Positions 10,941 to 24,647 of a stretch of 64,000 nt of DNA are shown piece after piece. The stretch is taken from NCBI RefSeq assembly GCF_037042905.1, contig NC_087251.1:186001-250000 (forward strand), read 5' to 3'. Below the pieces are notes generated by a model. That model did no database searches. It was given only the letters and a program-made list of their open reading frames with translations, and was not told the origin of the DNA. Origin of the DNA: Lytechinus pictus. Lineage: Eukaryota. A program made the translations under genes and the position numbers. How positions within the stretch are numbered: position 1 is the first letter of the stretch; each line of letters starts with the position of its first letter.

Positions 10941-13662
10941 CTGCCAGTGCAGAGAAAGAATCACCAATTTATTTTATGTCATACACAAGTTGACCGCCTC
11001 TGGCAGTCTGGCCTGCATCAAGTGATTCAATATAGCAGCAGTGCTGACTTTGAAAACAACTATTGAATTATTATTTCATTTGACCTTGATCATGTGACAT
11101 AAGACTTGTGCAAGATGATGTGACATTTGATTACACTCGAATCCACATTTCATGAACTAGATCAATAAATGTTCAAGTAATGATGGCAATTAAAAAATTC
11201 CCTCAACATGGCCAGAGTTCACTGACCATAAATGAACTTTGACCTTAGTAACATGATCTAAAACTCAGAAGGATGTTTACTGATACTTGATTACTCTTAT
11301 GTCCCAAGTTTCATGAACTAGATCCATATACTTTCAAAGTTATGATATTTCAAAAACTTAACCTTGGTTAAGATTTTGTTGTTGACCCCAAATTACTTTT
11401 GACCTTGGGGTCATTCCAACTGGATTCACCCAGTGGTTGCACCCGACCCTTTCAGTTTTTGTTGTAAATTGGTACACATAAAATTCACCATGGCCCACGC
11501 ATAAAACAAAAAAATTAGTTCAATCGGTCCGTCGGTTTTCGTGCTACGGCCCGCCCTTTTCTCATTGTTTTGACAAAAATGGGCGCGACCTTCAACTTTC
11601 AATGGCCATTGCGTCGTAACGTGTTGACCAATTTTCACGAAACTGGTACCATTCAAAAGGAAATTCAGAGAGGAATCCAAAACATGCGTTAAATAATGTA
11701 TTGGAGCGATTTATAAGGTCATGACCTTTGACCTTTACTTTGACCTTGAGTTTGACCCCCGGACAAATAATTTTTATACTTGATTTTCGTGTATGTTAAT
11801 CATTAGTAATATTAACAAAATATATTAAAACCAATGATGATATTTTATTTCTTCACATTTTAAAACTCTTCCAAAGATACCAATTATCTGATCTGAAATT
11901 TCACTCTAGTCCCACATTCTGATATTCATGTTAGTAAAGTGTTTTCAGTACCATGATATATGATTTCTTCCAATCTTAAGTTACAGTATGCAAACAGATG
12001 AAAAGAAATTAAGCTTATCAGTTGATAAATGAAACATTAAACATTTATGCTTATGAATACATGTAGGTACCTGTTTAGGTATTTTGATATTGATATATAT
12101 AGGCAATATATAATAACTCAAAATCTGCTGGGAACTGCAATATCCTGCTTTCTAGTCAGCTGTACTCCCCAAAGTGAAAACATCCTTGAGATCCTTGAAG
12201 CATCAGCATTGGATACATTCGTTATAATGATGATGCTAGAGATGGATGATCAATTGGACAGATAGTATTGTATCTAGCTACCCAGCAGGTATCCTTTTTC
12301 ACTGCCTCCCCATTGAAAAAAAGACAGTATCTACATTTTGCATAAGTTGAGATATTAAGCATTTTGTGTTTTCCAAAGCTGCTCAATACTATTTTATTTC
12401 TTAGTATTCTTTAATCATCAAATTGTTGAGTATATGCCTATTTAAGGCTCCCTTTTTTTTTTTTTTTAGATATTGAAGAAATGTACCGTAGATAGGCCTA
12501 CTCTTGGAAAGTCGAAGCGAATGCTCGGTTTCTCCATGGAAAGATGCAGTACATGTATCTACAGATGGACCAAAATTCCATTCAGTTTTATTATCACTTG
12601 CTTCATTAACCATGAAATAATTTGTCATTGTGTATTTAAAGGGGAAAATAATACCTTAGACACACTGAGGGCACCCTGATAAAAATGAGTTTAATTAACA
12701 TGTTCTTCATCTGTGGGTACTGCATTTTTCCATGGGAAACTGAGTATTTGCTTCAAATCTACATGTACATTTACACAAATATCTCAAATCATAAAGACAA
12801 CACTTGTATGTTTGGCCTGAAATAGGCATTCTACAATTTGATGATAAAGGAATAATTGAGAAATAAAATAGTATGCAGTGACTTATAAAAATGTTAATAA
12901 TAATATCTTATCTTGTGCAAAATGTAGATACTGCATTTTGCCGATTACTTAAACGTTGCTATTCAGAAAGCAATTAGGAAAACTGGATGTGTCATGTGAA
13001 AAAAGTGGCTAACTGTCTACTCTTCTGAAAAAAAAATGAAAAAAAAGTCAGACACTGCGTTTTTCCATAGGGGTGCAGTGTAAAGATGGATAAATGTAAC
13101 TGCTGGATAGTTAGAAACAATATTATCTCTCCAATCGATCATCCATCTCTAACACCATCATCATCAAGAATGTATGATGCTTCAAGGATCTGAAGGATGT
13201 ATCCACTTTGGGGGAGTACAGCTGACTAGAAAGCAGGATATTGCAGTTCCCAGCAGTTTTCTAATAATTTTTCGGACATTACAAGGAGGCGTGGCTAAAA
13301 ATGTCGCTTTAGCTGACGTGGTAATTTCGGGAGGGGGCAAAAGCCAATTTCTAACAAGTTAGCATTCTTCTTCGTGGAGTCGATTGGAAAGCATCTTTCA
13401 TCTCAATTCACCTGTCTTGTGCAACATACTTCCTGTATTTTTGTTATCCGTTCGTTGAACTCTTTAGTTGTGATCCTTCTAATTGTCATTCTAACCCATT
13501 CATATATCTTAAAGAACGCTTCGCAGTTGAGAATTTATTCTTTTTATCTGGGAACATACCTGTATATTTGTGTTTATATCCGTTTGTTGGACTTTTGAGC
13601 TGTTAGGAGTCATAGTTTGCTCTAAGGACTTTTCAATTTCGCCACCCCTGCATTATTCAATC

Positions 13663-14704
13663 ATGCCCAAGGTTAAGCCAGGCAAAAAGTTAAGTCAGAG
13701 GAAGTCTACTCGTCGTTCGGTCGGAGATGCCGCCAGCCAGCCTTCTCCTGTCGACCTCGAGACAGACGTCGGCCAAGTTTTTAGTTCTACGCAGAGCCCA
13801 GCTGCTGGAAGTTCGGCGTCGACAACCAACGGTGAGTTCGGGACAATGGGGGGCTCCTGGCCTCTTGTGACTTCTCCACAAGGTCATTCCCCAAATTCAA
13901 TATCAAGCTCCCTCTTCTATCCCTCCTGCCCCTGTAGTTGAGGGGCCAGATATGCTTAGCTGCGTGTGTGATGATTTGGGTGGGGAGGTGCCTTCCAGTG
14001 TTAAGGAGAAGATTTGGAAAGGTGAATTTGTAGAGTTAGGTGGATTACTAAAAAGGGAAAGCTTAAGTGAGGAAAGTTCCCAGTTGCAGGCCTTCAGCCT
14101 TTGTGCCACCGGGTCCGCTTCAATGCTTCGCCCCCAAAGCAAGGCTCCGGTGATCGCCAGCATAGAACAGTGGACATCTGCGTTCCTTATTTACGCGTCT
14201 ATATACTTGGAGCGACACTGTATGCGTGCGCGCGAGCTCCTCAAGTATATGGATATCGTTCGCTCTATTGTGCGTTTTGGGGGTTTCAATTGGCGGGCCT
14301 ATGACATTCAATTTCGGTAACGTCAGGCCCGTCATCCACATCGTTCCTGGGCTGTCATAGACACCGAGCTATGGCTGACAGTAGCTTCGACGCCCGGTCG
14401 AGCAGCGTTTTCGTCTTTTGGGGGTAACCAGCCCTTTCGGCCATACGACCGGTCGTTTCGGCGAGGTAGTTTCCCATCCTCAGGATATGCCAATAGACAA
14501 GGGGCAATTCGGGCCCCTGGCGCCGCGCCTGCCCCATTCCGCTCCTCACCAGTCTGTTTCGCCTTTAATGCTGGGTCATGCCAACGCACCGCCTGCCGTT
14601 ATGCTCACCGGTGCGGAAAATGCTCCTCAGCAGCGCATGGCTCACACGCCTGCAACTCTGCCGCTGCAATTGCCAAACAGAAGCCTAGCTCCAACTCCAA
14701 TTAA
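13663..14704 (+). pseudogene. Ngaro gag-like ORF with frameshift and internal stop
   Basis: VKEKIWKGEFVEL, IEQWTSAFLIYASI, WRAYDIQFR*; C-terminal CFAFNAGSCQRTACRYAHRCGKCSSAAHGSHAC double zinc finger. Confidence 0.85.
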
Positions 14705-16240
14705 ACTTGGCAGCATGCTCCCATTTCTTAGACGGCACCATAATCAACATAATGCAGCTTTTCTGATTTCTGGTTTTAGGTTTGGTTTTTCATTGGGTTT
14801 CACAGGCGAGCGTCGCTCTGTGTTCTCGCGTAATTTGAAATCTGCTCGGGAGCATAGGGACATGCTGTTGGAGAAAGTTGGTAAGGAAGTTAGTTTAGGG
14901 AGAATGTCAGGTCCTTTCCAAGACCCGCCTTTCGATAACTTTCGCTGCTCCCCGGTAGGGCTCGTCCCCAAGCAAAATCCGGGAGAATTCCGTCTAATTC
15001 AGCATCTATCTTCTCCTCGGGGGGCTTCGGTTAATGATCACATTGATTCCGATTTATGTTCCGTGAATTACACTTCATTTAACAAGGCGGTTGATCTCGT
15101 TGCTCGCTTGTGCTCTCATGGGAAAAACCGATATAAAATCCGCTTTTCGCTTACTACCAGTGAATCCTTCCGATTTTGACCTTCTGGGGTTTTGCATTGA
15201 TGGCGCGTATTACTTTGATAAATGCTTGCCAATGGGCTGCTCAATTTCATGTGCCCATTTTGAGCGTTTTAGCACTTTTCTTGAGTCATGTTGCCGTGAA
15301 ATTGCGAATTCAGAGCAAATTTTGCATTATTTGGATGATTTCTTTTTCGTTGGCGCAACACGGCAGGAATGTCGTTCCTTGATGTATCATTTTAAGGCAA
15401 TGTGCGAGATTTTTGGCGTCCCGATAGCGGAGGAGAAGACTGAGGGGCCCGTTCCCACTATCATATTTTTAGGGCTTGAAATCGACGCGGCTGAGCAGAG
15501 AGTTCGGGTACCCAAGGAGAAAGTAGACGTGTTACAGGCAATGCTCATTGATTTTAAGAAAGATAAGCTCTCGTTGCGGCAGTTGCAGTCGCTAATTGGC
15601 AGCCTTGATTTCGTGTGTAAAGCCGTGGCTCCCGGAAGAGCCTTCCTAAGGAGACTTATCGATCTTACTAAAGGGGTCCGCACCCCAAACCACCGGATAA
15701 GGCTTTCACGTGGCGCGAAAGAGGACATGCAATGCAGGCCTGGCTTACGTTTCTGTCACAGTTATGTTTTCACACTCAACATGGGTAACTATTTTCAGTT
15801 CTTTACTGACGCTGCGGGTAGCAATGGCTTTGGTATATCCTTCCAGGATAAGTGGGCTCAAGGGAGATGGCCAGCTGAAATACTGGAGAAAAATTATTCC
15901 ATCGCTTTTCTAGAGCTTTTCCCAATAGTAGTCGGTATACGTATGTGGGGGGCTCTTCTAGCTAATTCTAAGGTCTTATTTTGGTCAGATAATCAAACAG
16001 TTGTTCATGTTGTTAATTCCTTAACTTCGAAATGTCCTAGTGTAATGAAACTTGTTCGTTTGCTTGTAGTTCTTTGTTTGGAACATAATATTATGTTCAA
16101 AGCACGTTACGTGCCGGGCTCTCGCAATGAAAAGGCTGATGCCCTCTCTCGTTTTCAGATGGACAGGTTTCACAGGTTAGCACCAGGCGCAGATCTGGCT
16201 GGCAGCAAGCTTCCCGCCCATCTTTGGAGCAGCTTCATAG
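14683..16240 (+). pseudogene. Ngaro reverse transcriptase / RNase H, frameshifted near 15110
   Basis: SPVGLVPK, FRLIQHLS, KTDIKSAFR, LPMG, HYLDDF; RNase H TDAA, FLEL, SDN, ADALSR. Confidence 0.92.
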
Positions 16241-16970
16241 AGAGAGAGAGCATCTGTTGTTTTCTTCGCGGGCGCCCGGCACTCATCATACTTATAGGAA
16301 CGCTTGGTCTGTGTTTAAGCAGTTTCGGCTGCAATATCATTATGATATAAGTACATGTATACGTCCTGACATTGAGCAGGTCGCTCAATTTATTGCTTAT
16401 CTATCCTGGAATGGGTATGCGGGGGCAACAATAAATACATATATATCAGGCCTGGCTTTTACGATGCAAACATTGGGTTGGCCTGATGTGACTGACGCGT
16501 TTGTAATCCGGCGGCTGGTAGACGGGTGCAGGCGGAAAAATGCTCGCCGTGATACCCGGTGTCCCATAACCCTGCCTATTCTCAAATCCATCCTAAATTC
16601 ATGCGTTAATACGTATGATTTGGCATTGTTTCGGGCTGCCTTTCTAATCGCTTTCTTTGGTTTTCTTCGAGTAGGAGAGTTCACGTCTCGATCTAGGCAT
16701 GAACCCGTTCCTTTATCAGAAAAAGATGTTATTATTCAAGGGATGGGTAATCAAGCAAAATTGCGCATTGTGATTGCGAAGTCTAAAACAGATCAAACTG
16801 GACGTGGATGCACGATTTTAATTCCACAGAATGTTGTTTCGTATTTATGCCCACTTCGCGCTGTAAATGATTACCTCGCTCTGCGGAGCTCGGTCGGCTC
16901 TGCCTTTTTTCGTCTCTCTCTCTCTCTCGCTTGTTGCCATGGTGACGGCGATGGTTATCTTACCCGTTAA
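16224..16970 (+). pseudogene. Tyrosine recombinase, C-terminally truncated
   Basis: RCPIT, AFFGFLRVGE, SKTDQ, LCP motifs; HxxR and catalytic Tyr region not found. Confidence 0.9.
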
Positions 16971-19839
16971 TAGTTCCATGGGCGCAGGCAGACTTGCTCG
17001 CCCACTGTTAGTAGATTGTGGTCTTTGCTACACTCATCGTGTTTATGGTAACTATGTACCCCCCCTTTAGAATGTACAATTGGTGCCGCTGTTTCTTTCC
17101 TTTTCTCTCTTCCATGTGCAGTTATTTGGAGTCTCAACGTGGGTTGTGTCAGCATTCCACGGAATCGTACGAGAGGAAGTGGACAATTCACGTTTCGCTG
17201 ACGCGGGCAGTCCCGCATTAGTTGGGGGCGGGCCCTCACTACTCGGCACGTGGCCGGGTCCTAAAACTCAATACATCCGCGAACAGGAGGACACTTGATT
17301 TCTTTGTCGCGGAGCGAAATCACTAGAGTAACAGCTGTTTTACCTCCGTCGAGCACTCGCTGGCTCGGACGTCGCGAACGGTTGGAACTTTTTTATGAGC
17401 AGATGTTATGACCTGAATACCTTATCCAGAACTCACACGTGGTATCATCAGATCTCAAGTCCTTACTACAAACTTCACTATTTAGTTACTAAGCCCCGCC
17501 CCCCCCCCCCCCCCCCCGCCTCTCCTTTATCTTAGGGCTCTTCGCAAGTGGACTGAATGAGCATGAATCCTCCTAGATGGTTTAATTGGGCGTCCCTGTT
17601 CGTTTTATGCACCCCCCCCCTTTTCCCAGCTTCTTAGCGTGGACCTTGTGAATACAGCATGGTTTGAACTATTGGCATCATATTGCGTTGTGGCGGCGGG
17701 CTGACGATGAGTCATCCCGTTTGGCGGCATTCCATTTTTTGCCACAACACATTATGATTCTTCACTTATTTTGGGCTTCTTGAGATAATATTTTTCATTT
17801 ATTTAGACCAATTTCGTATATTCCACTCCTCAGGTTATAATGTGAACGGGGCTTGGTTCGTCACCCGATTTGGATGAGGCCACCAGCGAATTCCATTTCG
17901 GACCGAACATTAACGTTGCCTCGTTCACATTCTAGTTCAGGGCCGTTGGTGGGGCTTCTGAGCACTAGTTTCTGTTTTAAAAGTTTTCCTGCATAAGCTC
18001 GTGTTGCAAACGGGAATCTTTGCTTCGTAGCTTTGCAGATGGAATTTTACGTTGCCCACATTTGGCCAACATGACAAACTGGTGTCTTTGTCATGAATGT
18101 GGAGATAGGTTTAATAACTTTAATTTTTCGCATATGACACATCTCAGGAGGCTTTACGTTTATATTATTATGTTTTGATTGTTGCATTATATTATGTTGG
18201 CTTTATTTGACAACACATCATTTTACATTTCGGTATACATCATTTGGAAGATGCTTTTCAGAAACAATTTTTATTAAACTCCACGGAAACTGCATTTACT
18301 CGCCTCTCGTGTATTTTGTCTGGGTTGAGATAATGAGTTATTATATATTGCCCAATATGTTATATATTGCCCAATATTATATATTGCCCAATATCAAAAT
18401 ACCTATTCATGAGCATAAATGTTTAATGTTTCATTTATCAACTGATAAGCTTAATTTCTTTTCATCTGTTTGCATACTGTAACTTAAAATGGGAAGAAAT
18501 CATATATCATGGGACTGGTAAACACTTTACTAACATGAATATCAGTATGTGTGACTAGAGTGAAATTTCAGATGAGATAATTGGTATCTTTGGAAGAGTT
18601 TTAAAATGTGAAGAAATAAAATATCATCATTGGTTTTAATATATTTTGTTCATATCATACTAATGATAAACATACACGAAAATCAAGTAAAAAAATTATT
18701 TGTCCGGGGGTCAAACTCAAGGTCAAAGTAAAAGTCAAAGGTCATGACCTTATAAATTGCTCCAATACATTATTTGACGCATGTTTTGGATTCCTCTCTG
18801 AATTTCCTTTGAATGGTACCAGTTTCGTGAAAATTGGTCAACACGTTACGGCGCAATGGCCATTGAAAGTTGAAGGTCACGCCCATTTTTGTCAAAACAA
18901 TGAGAAAAGGGCGGGCCGTAGCACGAGAACCGACCGACCGATTGGACTAATTTTTTTTGTTTTGTGCGTGGGCCATGGTGAATTTTATGTGTACCAAATT
19001 ACAACGAATTCTGAGAGGGTCGGGTGCAAAATTGCACATTCATTAGGTGAATTGGCATGGAATGACCCCTTGGTCATGTGACTTGAAACTCGCAAAAGGA
19101 TGTTCAGTGATACTTGATTACTCTTGATGTCCAAGTTTTATGAACTAGACCAATACACTTACAGAGATATGATGGTAATTTAACAAATACCCCCAACATG
19201 GCCAAAGTTCATTGACCTTAAATGACCTTTGACCTTGGTCATGTGACCTAAAACTCACACAGGGTATTCAGTGATACTTGATTACCCTTATGTCCAAGTT
19301 TCAAGAATCAGATTCATACATTTTCGAAGTTATGATGGTAATTCAACGGATACCCCCAATTCGACCAAAGTTCATTGACCCTAAATGACCTTTGACCTTG
19401 GTCATGTGATGTGAAACTCAAGCAGGATGTTCAGTAATTCTTGATTAACCGTATGTCCAAGTTTCATGAACTAGGTCCATATATTTTCTAAGTTATGATG
19501 ACATTTCAAAAACTTAACCTTAGGTTAAGATTTTGATGTTGATTCCCTCAACATGGTCTAAGTTCATTGACCCTAAATGACCTTTGACCCAATTCATGTG
19601 ACCTAAAACTCAGGCAGGATGTTCAGTAATACTTGATTAACCTTATGGCCAAGTTTCATGAACTAGGTCCATATACATTCTAAGTCATGCTATCATTTCA
19701 AAAACTTAACCTTCGGTTAAGATTTGGTATTGACGTCGCCGCCATCGAAAAAAAAAAAAGCCATCGAAAAAGCGGCGCCTATAGTCTCACTCTGCTATGC
19801 AGGTGAGGCAAAAAATGACAATTTACAGTAAATAAATGA

Positions 19840-21175
19840 CTACACATACTTCGGATTAAGAAATTTGCTTCAATTTTTTTTTAAAGGAATTAACTGACTT
19901 ACAATCAATTATATCTTGTGTCTAATGGATTTCATAACATTATTAGTTTTAACAGGCAAAAGTGATACAAATCGTTAAAACGGGTGTTGTGATGGTGAAT
20001 TTGGCGATTGAGAGTAAACATTCCATGGACATCAAGAGGTAATTTATTCTGAATATAAAGAAAACCCAGTAGAGTAATAGAGAAATAATACAAATCAAAA
20101 ATATTAAGAGATTCAAGTTTTCTTAACAGTGGGGCAGAGTGAGCATGATAATGACATCCCATACAATTACGAAGGGCTTTTTTCTGCAATTTAAATAATT
20201 TGTCTTATTTTGTTCGATTACAGTTTCCCCAAACGGCAACACAATAGTTAAGATATGAGAGCATGAAAGAACTGTACAGTAATACTTGTGCAGAAGATGG
20301 AAGGGAATATTCTAATTTTTACAGGATACCAATACATTTAGATACTTTTTGAGTGACTTTTTGTATAAGGGTTTCCCACTGCATATTGTAATCGATATAT
20401 ACACCAAGAAAATTAACACTATTTACTCTATTAATTGGAATTTTGTCAATATTAAGTAGTAAATCATTTAACAAATTAGAAATATGAGACTACCTCAAAG
20501 GTAATATAATTCGTTTTCCTAGGATTTATTTAAAATTTGTTCGCTTTGAACCATTTTGATACTTTATCTAATTCAACATTGATATCATTTTGCAAATTAA
20601 GATTGTAAGGTTGGTTGTATATTAAAGTGGTATCATCGGCATACATAATGTAGTCAAATTTATTAGAGGAATGTATGTAGAGATCATTGATATAAATTAA
20701 AAATAATAGCGGGCCAAGAATAGATCCTTGCAATACCCTATGCGTGATATTAGAAAAGTCTGATGTACTATTATTAAAAACAACATATTGGGATCTATCG
20801 AGAAGATAACTTTTGAACCAGGAGAGAGGTAAGCCCCTAACCCCATAGTGTTCTAATTTGGAAAGAAGTATTTTGTGATTTTTAATTAACAACATCAAAA
20901 GCTTTAGAAAGGTCCATGAAAATTCCAATGCAAAATTTGTTTGTATGAATGGCTGTCAAACTCTATCTTGTAATTCTATCAAAGCATGTGCAGTAGAGTG
21001 ATTTTTTCTAAACCCATATTGCGAATCAGTGAGAATTTTATTATTTAAACAAAATGAATATAATCTATTATAAACACATTTTTCAAGCAACTTAGAAATA
21101 AACTGTAGTATTGATATAGGCCTATAATTATCAAATTTATGAGGGTCATCTTTTTTAAACACTGGTTTTCTTAGA
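19840..21175 (-). mobile_element. Decayed L2/CR1-group LINE RT fragment
   Basis: NYRPISIL, QYGFRKNHST, LQGSILGPLLFLIYINDL, YADDT, AHSAPL. Confidence 0.9.
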
Positions 21176-22391
21176 TATTTCAAGTTTATCCAGGACCTGG
21201 GGGGGCATTCTGAAAAGTCTCATAAGTTTCCACTTAACTTTCCTCATAAGTTACCCATTTAATGGAGCGCTAATGTACCTCCAAATTCGTATTCTGAAAA
21301 CTCTATTAGCGCTCAATAACTCCCTTTAGGCCACTCCCCTACTGAGCCGAATTAGCCAATCAAATGCGCTCTTTCTAAAATTTTCTACTAGCGCGCAGTG
21401 TTTCTTCACTTTGCTGGCTTCCAGCTGCTGCAGGTGCACTGCACCACGATCTTAATAAAAAGAATTTTTGCTGAAAAATAATGCTAAAAGCATTTGCATC
21501 GGAGATTAGACGTTTGTTATGTTGTTGAAGTTAACTGTTGTCTTGTCCCTTTCTCTCTCATTTATTGTACCTTTGTGCTTTTCTCTTTTTTTTTCGAACG
21601 CGTTCTGATTTTCACATCCACTTATTTAAATCCATTTGTAGTTACACTTTTTTGTTACAATGTTTTATTTGCCTCTGTCTCGGGGCCCTGATCGGGGGGG
21701 AGGGGGGTCTTCTTTAACTTAATTCCTACTTATTTTAAAAATAAGTAATGTTGTATAAAATCGGATCAAAAATCAGATCGAAAATCGGATCGGCAGTTAA
21801 GCTTCTAAAATCGAAATCGAATCGAAAATTGAATCGGCAATGTTTAAAAACAAAGGAATACATCAAAATTTTGTTCGCGGACACGCGCATCTTCCTCACA
21901 AAGTCACAAAGACAAATGCATTGGAATGGAAGTCGCCAACATGCGCGATTGTTTGGAACATGTTTTAAAGGGGTTTTGAGGTGTTATTGCTTTAAAATAA
22001 ACCGAGTGATTTTTATTAGAAAGACAAACGAAAGATGCATCTTCCGAGCAAAGGCGCAAAGGAAAATAAAATGAAAATAATTCTCATAGATCACAGGTTA
22101 ATGAACGATCGGCGGGACATCTTTTATAAGTATTTTTAGGTGCTAGCGATTTAGAATTATTGGAATGATCTCTTGATCTCGTACGACGCATCATCTTAAA
22201 GTCGCAAGTGCAATTAAAATGTAGAAAAGTTGCAAGCACGCGCGATGATTTTGAACATGTTATTAAACTGTTTTGGGGAGCTAGCGTTTTCAAATCAATT
22301 AATTACTATCTTGAGAAATGAACTTTTGATATCTAGGAATAAATATAAAAGAAGCATCTCCCGACGAAGTTGCAAAGACAAATTAATTGAG

Positions 22392-23180
22392 GTTGAGAAG
22401 ATGTATATCATCATAAACAATGTAAGAGTGTAACGCAATGAGCTCCGTCAGTAGTACTATCTTTAAAAGTTCACGGCGGGGTCCGCTATCACCACGTGTA
22501 AGAGTGTAACGCAATGAGCTCCGTCAGTAGTACTATCTTTAAAAGTTCACGGCAGGGTCCGCTATCACCACGAGGTTGAAGAGAAGATGTATATCATCAT
22601 AAACAATGTAACAGAGTAGCGCAGTGATGTCCGTCAGTAATACGACCTTTAAAAGTTCACGGCGGCGTCCGCTATCACCACGTGGTTGAAAAGAAAATGT
22701 CTATCATCATAAACGATGTAACAGAGTAGCGCAGTGATGTCCGTCAGTAATACGACCTTTAAAAGTTCACGGCGGCGTCCGCTATCACCACGTGGTTGAA
22801 GAGAAGATGTATATCATCATAAATGATGTAAGAGTGTAACGCAATGAGCTCCGTCAGTAGTACTATCTTTAAAAGTTCACGGCGGCGTCCGCTATCACCA
22901 CGTGTAAGAGTGTAACGCAATGAGCTCCGTCAGTAGTACTATCTTTAAAAGTTCACGGAGGGGTCCGCTATCACCACGAGGTTGAAGAGAAGATGTATAT
23001 CAACATAAACAATGTAAGAGAGTAGCGCAGTGACCTCCGTCAGTAATACGACCTTTAAAAGGTCATGACGGCGTTTGCTATCACCACGAGGTTGAAGAGA
23101 AGATGTCTATCATAATAGAGGAGGTAAGAGAGTAGCGCAGTGATCTCCGTCAGTAATACGACCTTTAAAACCTTTAAAAG
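22392..23180. repeat. Tandem repeat, ~110-bp unit with higher-order AABB-AABB organisation
   Basis: Two unit variants (GTGTAACGCAATGAGCTCC vs GTAGCGCAGTGATGTCC); the first A unit of each block lacks ~34 bp; block period ~406 bp. Confidence 0.9.
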
Positions 23181-23249
23181 CCATACAAGCTCAACGTTTG
23201 AGAAGAACTCAAGAGGTTGTAAGATTCGGATTGAAGGTATTAATCATCC

Positions 23250-24615
23250 GTAACCGGAGGGATGATAATTGCCGATGATCAAAAAACGATCCGATTTTGT
23301 TGAAAATTTCGACAAGAATCGTGATCGGAAGACTGAAACTTGTACGGTTCAGTAAGTGATCAATCAATCAAACTGAGAAGGCAACAGCGGGGCTAATAAA
23401 AGCCACGGTCAAGTCACCGGCTTAATAATTTAAGCCAAGCCGCAACCATGCAAACGTAAGGAATGCGAGATATCTCAGAAGCCCCCGCGTGGGAGAAAGC
23501 GCCCAGAATTCGATATCTGTCTCAAATGCGTGAGGGCAGAACATCTGCAGAATTCTGATAGAGAGCTGTGGCAGGACGTTTCCAGCGGTCCGATAAGGAC
23601 ATGGAACGACAGAGAGTAAGGTTGAAGTAAACCACTCGTAAGGCAGTCAATGTGTCGAGAAAAGCGACTGAGTGCCATCCTGTTAATAAGAAAATGCCAC
23701 GGACCTGCTGTCTATGTAAAATAGAACAGTCTGGTCAAAACAGCTCAAACGGGCGTGTCGGAGAAAATACGCGGCACGCATCACAACATAATAAGTGTGA
23801 TAGACAGCGCGATCGAGAGAGGACCCCGGATCCCCTTTCTCCCGTACTAAATAAAACACCCGCCCGAGGGTGCAGTGCCTGCGGCGGGAGAGGTGGGAGG
23901 TGGTTTGGCTGAAGCCACCATCGCAAGAGAGGGCCCGTAAAGCTAGGCTGCGATGGATGTCCGCTGAGCAGAGCAATCCCTAGCCGCAGCAAGCGTACGC
24001 CAGAGGTGAGCTGGCGAACAATGTCTCTGTCATGATCTTACGTGTAAACGATGATCAAGAGATGTCGGTCAAGATGTTCTGAACCAACAGACATCGCCAG
24101 ACATGATACCTCAACAGTTAGGTTCCCAACGGAATCGAGTGAGGTAACAATGGCCCTGTCCTATCAAGGTTAGGGACGGAATCTGGCTAAGAGTGTCTAA
24201 GTCCTCGCTTGACGAAACAAGCGGAAGAGTAAGGCAACTTGAGGAAAATAATCACCAATATTTCCCTCAGTCTGCGATGAGAACCAGTTGTTTACGAAAA
24301 CAGCTACAAGGCCTGGGTTTCTGGTGATCGCAAGGGCAAGCACCGCAGGCGCCGGTTGCGACAGCATGGAACAGTCCGATATCGGTAAGATAAGGAGTTA
24401 CGAGAAGCTGCGGGGGGCGGCACAAATGACGCCCTAAGCAGCGGGGGATGAGAATCTAAGCTTCTAAAAAGAAGAACTCCAGTAAAGTAAATCACTTTCA
24501 TGGAGGGACTCATCCACAGTCGGCCCGAGAGAAAGTGGGTCGTGGTGATCGTGGTTAGACAGGCATGAATATACATACACACACGCATACATTTTATACA
24601 TAAATGTATATCCAA

Positions 24616-24647
<32 letters not shown>

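Larger units (their letters stand above)
13261..18333 (+). mobile_element. Ngaro-type tyrosine-recombinase retrotransposon (DIRS order), defective
   Basis: Overlapping gag, RT/RNase H and YR frames; no methyltransferase domain seen; no TSD; limits defined by interruption of the host TIR. Confidence 0.9.
11408..19068. mobile_element. Long-TIR non-autonomous DNA transposon (Sola2-like); right TIR split by an Ngaro insertion
   Basis: Termini GGGTCATTCCA/TGGAATGACCC; 4-bp TSD CTTG (11404-07, 19069-72); left arm 11408-~12340 pairs with ~13040-13260 plus 18334-19068. Confidence 0.85.
10985..19815 (-). mobile_element. HINE/DINE-1-like (Helentron-associated) element copy 1, interrupted at 11408-19068
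   Basis: Same ends and TGACCTTTGACCTTGGTCATGTGA core repeats as 27742-28570. Confidence 0.75.

Noticed and set aside
16970..17500. SGNH hydrolase ORF found in some Ngaro elements
   Set aside because: No convincing motifs or open frame could be read
21197..21330. GGGGCATTCTGAAAA as a transposon terminus
   Set aside because: No matching opposite terminus or TSD found in the window
22392..23180. Possible CRISPR-like array
   Set aside because: No unique spacers, whole units repeat, no cas genes, eukaryotic context
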